64,000 bases of DNA, taken from the NCBI GenBank assembly GCA_050950765.1, contig JBMNIF010000002.1:256001-320000 (forward strand). The letters run 5' to 3'. This DNA comes from Bdellovibrionota bacterium. GTDB taxonomy: Bacteria; Bdellovibrionota_C; UBA2361; JAAYZI01. Made by a program: the position numbers and the translations under genes. Shown one piece after another: positions 58,978 through 64,000 of the stretch (positions within the stretch are counted from its first letter, which is position 1; the number at the start of each line of letters is the position of its first letter). Below the pieces are notes generated by a model, which was given only the letters and a program-made list of their open reading frames with translations, was not told where the DNA came from and did no database searches.

Positions 58978-59799
58978 ATGCTTATTAAAGCTTTGGTTGA
59001 AAATACAACTATATCAGATAATTTTGGCAACGAGCATGGTCTTAGCCTGTACTTAGAAACAGAGACAAATAAGGTATTATTTGATGTAGGTGCGAGCGAT
59101 CTCTTCTTCCAAAACGCAAAAAAACTTGATGTGAATATTGCTGAGGTTGATTTTCTCGTAATTTCGCACGGGCATTATGACCATGGCGGGGGTCTAGAAA
59201 CATTTTTAGAAGAAAACAGAAAAGCTAAAGTATTTCTACATGGACTTGCATTTGAACAATACTATGCTGTGCGCCCAAATGGTAAATTAGATTTTATAGG
59301 GCTTGATGAAAAGTTGAGGCAAAACCAACAGATTATTCTCACGTCAGAGCACTTCTTTATTAACAGTAAGATTCAGCTCTTTTCTAATATAGTTCAGAGA
59401 GAGCCGCTTCCAAAATCAAATAACAACTTACTTTTGAAATACAAAGGAGAGATGATACCTGACACCTTTAAGCATGAGCAAAACCTCGTGATAAAAGAAG
59501 ACGGTAAAATTTTATTGGTAACAGGCTGCGCTCATAATGGCATTATAAACATCCTTGAACATTTCCAAAAAATTATGGGACAAGTACCCAACTATGTAAT
59601 AGGTGGGTTTCACCTTTCCAGCCGCTCCGACGGTGATGTTGATTCTAAAATGATCGATGATATCGGTAGATACTTAATGAGCACAAAGGCAAGGTTTTAT
59701 ACCTGTCATTGTACTGGCATCGAGCCTTATAAAAGGCTGAAAGCCATTATGGGTGATAATATCAATTACCTATCAACTGGCGAGCAAATAAAAATATAG
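58978..59799 (+). CDS. MBL-fold metallo-hydrolase
   Basis: EHGLS, SHGHYDHGGG, GCAHNG, GGFHL, CHCTG. Confidence 0.9.
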   Translation: MLIKALVENTTISDNFGNEHGLSLYLETETNKVLFDVGASDLFFQNAKKLDVNIAEVDFLVISHGHYDHGGGLETFLEENRKAKVFLHGLAFEQYYAVRPNGKLDFIGLDEKLRQNQQIILTSEHFFINSKIQLFSNIVQREPLPKSNNNLLLKYKGEMIPDTFKHEQNLVIKEDGKILLVTGCAHNGIINILEHFQKIMGQVPNYVIGGFHLSSRSDGDVDSKMIDDIGRYLMSTKARFYTCHCTGIEPYKRLKAIMGDNINYLSTGEQIKI

Positions 59800-59884
59800 T
59801 GGCTATTATGATAAATTACTAAATAACTGAGTGAGTATATGGTAAAGTTTAGTGCGTTTACTTGAATTTTAATTTTTGCAATTG

Positions 59885-60174
59885 GTGCAATCTTTGCAAT
59901 CAGATTGTCACTATAACTTCACTACGGGAGTTAGTGTCGATAATTATTTTAAAAGGTGTAAAAAAACGGAGGTGATAAATATCCCTATTACGGTTCACTA
60001 AAAAACATGCTTACTTTAAATATCGTAATAACAACAATAGTTGTTAGATATTTAACGAAAGTCAGATTGAGGAAATTACTGCCAAACATAAAAGCTCTTG
60101 TTAAAATACCTACTCATCCGAAACTTTCAGTTGTATATGACAAAGGTACGCTAGATCTTTTCGATGGCGATTAA
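59885..60174 (+). pseudogene. Degraded C-terminal remnant of Mrp/NBP35 (ApbC) Fe-S carrier ATPase
   Basis: Frameshifted fragments IVTITSLRELVSIII.KGVK / EVINIPI / KNM / YFK / IFNESQIEEITAKH / KIPTHPKL...DKGTLDLFDGD*. Confidence 0.65.
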
Positions 60175-60218
60175 CTTAAAGTAGTTATAAAAACATTAAA
60201 AAATGGAGGAAGAATAAT

Positions 60219-60578
60219 ATGCTAAAAATTGCAGTTGCAAGTGATAATGGAATGGTGACGGAGCACTTCGGACACTGTGAAGAGTTTATGATTTTTGACA
60301 CCGAAAAAAATCAGATTATTAAAAGTGAGACTGTTGCCAACCCTGGACATAGACCTGGATTTTTACCTAATTTCCTTGCAGATCGTGGTGTAAATGTTGT
60401 CATTAGCGGCGGCATGGGTGGAGGTGCAGTTGAGATTTTTAATGAGAAAAACGTTGAAGTTATTGTAGGAGCTTCCGGCGATTCAAAAAGTGCCGTGGAG
60501 AGATATTTAAAGGGTGAACTTAAAACAACAGGTTCTATCTGTCAGGAACATTCGCACCAAGATAAGTGCAAAAAGTAA
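60219..60578 (+). CDS. NifB/NifX-family cluster-binding protein
   Basis: KIAVA, EHFGHC, NPGH.PG.LP, ISGGMG; GGAGG RBS. Confidence 0.88.
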   Translation: MLKIAVASDNGMVTEHFGHCEEFMIFDTEKNQIIKSETVANPGHRPGFLPNFLADRGVNVVISGGMGGGAVEIFNEKNVEVIVGASGDSKSAVERYLKGELKTTGSICQEHSHQDKCKK

Positions 60579-60634
60579 GGAGAATATCTACATTTAAAAA
60601 CTGTGCTGGCGCAAATAATAACTACCTTTGAGTG

Positions 60635-60752
60635 GGAGGTGTAAATAATTTTGTGTATTTTGCTATTTTAAAAAAGTGCTAACAACTAAACTACACTTTT
60701 AAACTAATACTGCATTCAATCTCTTGCTTTACACAAAATTTATTACACCCTC
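60635..60752. mobile_element. MITE-like element with IS256-family-type terminal inverted repeats
   Basis: GGAGGTGTAAATAATTTTGTGTA ... TACACAAAATTTATTACACCCTC; non-coding interior. Confidence 0.55.
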
Positions 60753-60770
60753 CCCTACTCACTTACAAAG

Positions 60771-63530
60771 TTATTTTTTTGGAACACTAGTAGTTGCAAA
60801 AGGACTCCATTTAGTGTTCCTCAAGAGGACACCGTCTCTGTAGATCTTTACTCGGTACCTAACTCGATAGGTTCCTTTTTGGCGTCTTCTGAAAACAACT
60901 CTATTTGATTCTACCACACGAATCTCTCTCCTCGGAGTGTTCCTATTTTTTGCACGACTAGAAACCTGCCTTATAAGAACTTCATATTTAAAGGTAAGAT
61001 TCTCCTCATTCGCTTGTTCAAAGCGCTGCATAAGAGCGATAATCCTTCTTCTTTTTACCTTCAGTTGTGGTGCAGCGAGTCCTGTCTCTGATATATCAGC
61101 ACAATCTTCATCAATCTCTCCGTCACAGTCATCATCGATACCGTTACCACAGATCTCAGCGATAGGTGCAACAATCGGTGCAGAACAACTTAAGACTCCA
61201 TTAGTGCAAACTGAAAGTGTGCCTGTCCTAGCGCACGCTCCCTTAAGCCCGTTACTACAAAGCACTCCGTAACCGGCAGCATCTGTATCTGTTTCACCAT
61301 CACAATCATCATCAACGCCGTTGCAAGCGATCTCATCACCTGGGTTTCCAGAAACGGCACTACACTTAACCACGTCTGTCGGCTTTTCTCCGGTGCACTC
61401 ATAGATACCACGCGCTTCACATAAGCCTCTACCACTAATACACGGGGTGGAAATATTTGAATAATTCGGATCCATACAACAAGCATCTGTACAGGTTATT
61501 GTTCGTTGAAGAACAATCTTAATTCCAGAGAATCTACCGTTCCCCCAACAATAAAGGCTACCTGCTGAAATCGCACAGGTATGATCATATCCTGCACTAA
61601 CATCAGAGACATCTGTTAAATTTAATACTTTCGTTGGAATTATTAATTGATCAGTTGTGGCTCCCCCCCCAAGCTGACCGTAATAATTATACCCCCAGCA
61701 ATAAAGGTCACCTCCTGAAATCGCACAAGTATGGGAACTATCTACACTAACACCAGAGACATCCATTAAATTTAATACTCTTGTTGGAAGTATTTGACTA
61801 GTTGTGGTTCCATTTCCAAGCTGACCATATTTATTATACCCCCAGCAATAAAGATCGCCCGCTGAAATCGCACAGGTGCAATAATCTCCTGCGCTAACAG
61901 CAGAGACCCTTTTTAAATCTAATACCTTTCTTGGAGCACTTTTATCAACTTTATCGCCATTTCCGAGCTGACCATAATCATTCCTCCCCCAACAATAAAG
62001 ATCGCCTGATGCCACGGCGCAGGTGTAACTATATCCAGCACTAACAGCAGAGACATTCGTTAAATTTAATACTTTTGTCGGAATTAATTTATCAGTTGCC
62101 GTTCCATCCCCAAGCTGACCGTATTTATTATCCCCCCAACAATAGAGAAGTTTATTTGAAGTAATTGCGCAGGTGTGATTATACCCAGCACTAATAGCAG
62201 AGACATCTGCTAACACCTTTACTGGAGTTAATTTCCTATCTGTCGTTCCATCCCCGAGCTGAGCGAATTCATTATCCCCCCAACAATAAAGGTCACCTGC
62301 TGAAATCGCACAGGTGCGCCCATTTTCTACACTAACAGCAGAAACATCCGTTAAATTTAATACTCTTGTTGGAAGTATTTGACTAGTTGTGGTTCCATCT
62401 CCAAGTTGACCTAAAGTATTATTCCCCCAACAATAAAGAAGTTTGTCAGATGAGATGGAGCAAATGTGAAGAGATCTTGCACTGATAGCAGAAACATCCA
62501 TTGGAGTTGGTACTTGTATTGGAATTAATTTATCAATTTTCGTTCCATTCCCAAGCTGACCAAAATCATTTTCCCCCCAGCAATAAGAACCATTCTCCGA
62601 AATTAGACAAGTATGGCAATCTCCTACACTAACAGAATAGATACCTGTCAAATTTAATACTTTTGTAGGAATATCTCTCTTAGAATTAGACCCATCCCCA
62701 AGTTGACCATAATAATTATCCCCCCAGCAATAAAGGTTATCTGACGATATGGCACAGGTGTGTCTACTTCTTGTACTAACAGAAGAGACATCTGTTAAAA
62801 CTAGTGTTGGAGATTCATGCCCATCATAATCAGATGTACCTATGCCAAGTTGACCATTAAAATTACCCCCCCAACAATAAAGATCACCTTTTGAAATCGC
62901 ACAGGTGTGCTCTCTTCCTACACTAACAGCAGTGACACCTTTTAAATCTAATACCTTTTTTGGAGCCCTTGTATCAGTTCTATCGCCATTTCCGAGCTGA
63001 CCAAAATTATTCCTCCCCCAACAATAAAGATCACCTTTTGAAATCGCGCAGGTATGGGAACTACCTGCACTAACAGCAGAAACGTTTTTTAAACGGCGTA
63101 CTATTTCAGAAGCAAATCTAATTTCCTTTTCTGAAGAAGTCCCAAGTTGACCGAATCTATTACCCCCCCAGCAATAAAGGTAATTAGTTGATGCAATAAC
63201 ACAAGTATGGGAACCACCTGCACTAACAGCAGAGACATCTGCGAAAACTCCTTTTGGAATTGGATGTGGATCATTATCAGAATATCCTAAGAGCTGACTA
63301 GAAAAATTACTCCCCCAACAATAAGCGTCACCTGCTGAAATGGCACAGGTGTGGAAATCTCCTGCACTAACAGCAGAGACCTTCGTTAAATTCAATACCT
63401 TCGTTGGGATTGATTTATCAATTGTAGTTCCATCTCCAAGTTGACCACAGTCATTTTCCCCCCAACAATAAAGGAGTCTATCCGCAGTAATTGCACAGGT
63501 GTGGCTAGACCCAGCACTAATTGAGCCCAA
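60771..63530 (-). CDS. RCC1-repeat (BLIP-II-like) protein with Cys/Asp-rich MopE-related repeats and basic C-terminal domain; 5'-truncated
   Basis: About 13 repeats of VSAG..HTCAI..G.LYCWG.N..GQLG.G; CNGVDDDCDG and CGNGIDDDCDG; begins mid-repeat with no signal peptide. Confidence 0.85.
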   Translation of the reverse strand: MGSISAGSSHTCAITADRLLYCWGENDCGQLGDGTTIDKSIPTKVLNLTKVSAVSAGDFHTCAISAGDAYCWGSNFSSQLLGYSDNDPHPIPKGVFADVSAVSAGGSHTCVIASTNYLYCWGGNRFGQLGTSSEKEIRFASEIVRRLKNVSAVSAGSSHTCAISKGDLYCWGRNNFGQLGNGDRTDTRAPKKVLDLKGVTAVSVGREHTCAISKGDLYCWGGNFNGQLGIGTSDYDGHESPTLVLTDVSSVSTRSRHTCAISSDNLYCWGDNYYGQLGDGSNSKRDIPTKVLNLTGIYSVSVGDCHTCLISENGSYCWGENDFGQLGNGTKIDKLIPIQVPTPMDVSAISARSLHICSISSDKLLYCWGNNTLGQLGDGTTTSQILPTRVLNLTDVSAVSVENGRTCAISAGDLYCWGDNEFAQLGDGTTDRKLTPVKVLADVSAISAGYNHTCAITSNKLLYCWGDNKYGQLGDGTATDKLIPTKVLNLTNVSAVSAGYSYTCAVASGDLYCWGRNDYGQLGNGDKVDKSAPRKVLDLKRVSAVSAGDYCTCAISAGDLYCWGYNKYGQLGNGTTTSQILPTRVLNLMDVSGVSVDSSHTCAISGGDLYCWGYNYYGQLGGGATTDQLIIPTKVLNLTDVSDVSAGYDHTCAISAGSLYCWGNGRFSGIKIVLQRTITCTDACCMDPNYSNISTPCISGRGLCEARGIYECTGEKPTDVVKCSAVSGNPGDEIACNGVDDDCDGETDTDAAGYGVLCSNGLKGACARTGTLSVCTNGVLSCSAPIVAPIAEICGNGIDDDCDGEIDEDCADISETGLAAPQLKVKRRRIIALMQRFEQANEENLTFKYEVLIRQVSSRAKNRNTPRREIRVVESNRVVFRRRQKGTYRVRYRVKIYRDGVLLRNTKWSPFATTSVPKK

Positions 63531-64000
63531 ACTTTCCCCTTTTTACGTATGTTAAGTAAGTAACAGTTCGGCTATTTTTAGCTCTGCTTTAGTTTGCTCG
63601 GCTAAATACCAAGAGTCCCCAAGCCTAACTTTTTTAATTTCAGATAACCTTCTGATAGCATCTTCTAATGATATTGAAGTCGAAAGTTTATGTTTTTTTA
63701 TTGTTTTTAATATTTCATAGCTCCACTGTATTGCTATGTGATTCACGAACATCCATCCCTGAAATTTATCATCATCACTCATATATGAAGCATCTGCTTT
63801 TAAAACAGTTTTTAACGTATCAAAAGATTGTTCAATAGATAGTCGCATTTTGTATAACGTGTATATTTCTTCTGCGGATGAGTCCAAATTTGAAAAGAAT
63901 GCAACAGTTCCTAGCCTCACTTTTTTTAAATCAACATCTGTTAAATTGTATTTTTCTGGATGAGATATTGTTAATGAAACTAAGTTATTTTCCTCTTCAC
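63526..64000 (-). mobile_element. IS4-superfamily (IS1634-like) insertion sequence, 3' part; transposase open to window edge (stop at 63552)
   Basis: IYTLYKMRLSIEQSFDTLK (Y-R-E-K motif); frame open from 64000; end-like sequence GGGGAAAGTTTGGG. Confidence 0.75.

Noticed and set aside
55814..60578. Nitrogen fixation cluster
   Set aside because: NifB/NifX-like domains are widespread; no nifHDK or nifEN present
60771..63530. Diversity-generating retroelement target in the RCC1 repeats
   Set aside because: No reverse transcriptase and no non-coding template copy seen; ordinary repeat duplication explains the similarity

Overview
Low-GC (roughly 40% by eye) chromosomal window from a diderm bacterium whose gene content looks deltaproteobacterial (Bdellovibrionota/Myxococcota/SAR324-like; this is an inference). 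From left to right it contains: (1) partial rdgB and a CPBP protease. (2) An approximately 11 kb atypical non-flagellar type III secretion-like locus (1.8-12.4 kb) with two divergent FliA-like sigma factors, a SycD/YscY-like TPR protein, SctU lacking its whole cytoplasmic domain, SctT/S/R/Q/J and two FHA proteins. (3) rne/rng, a GAF protein plus an MreB paralog with an Asp-to-Asn change in the phosphate-2 loop, comEC, an M48 peptidase, a ClC transporter and mutM. (4) A flagellar basal-body operon flgBC-fliEF-fliHIJ-motE with no fliG. (5) A moxR-DUF58-bat operon that ends in a dispersed repeat family of about 78 bp. (6) An NtrC-type regulator and a tandem double-AAA MoxR/CoxD-like protein. (7) The conserved lysS-lolE-lolD-bamA-skp-fabZ-lpxA-lpxI block, typA and leuS. 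(8) tRNA-Asp followed by tandem copies of its own 3' end, then a decaying clostridial-looking Fe-S/metal cofactor island, an IS256-type MITE, and an RCC1-repeat gene truncated by an IS at the window edge. All assignments come from motif recognition in the sequence, not from database searches.
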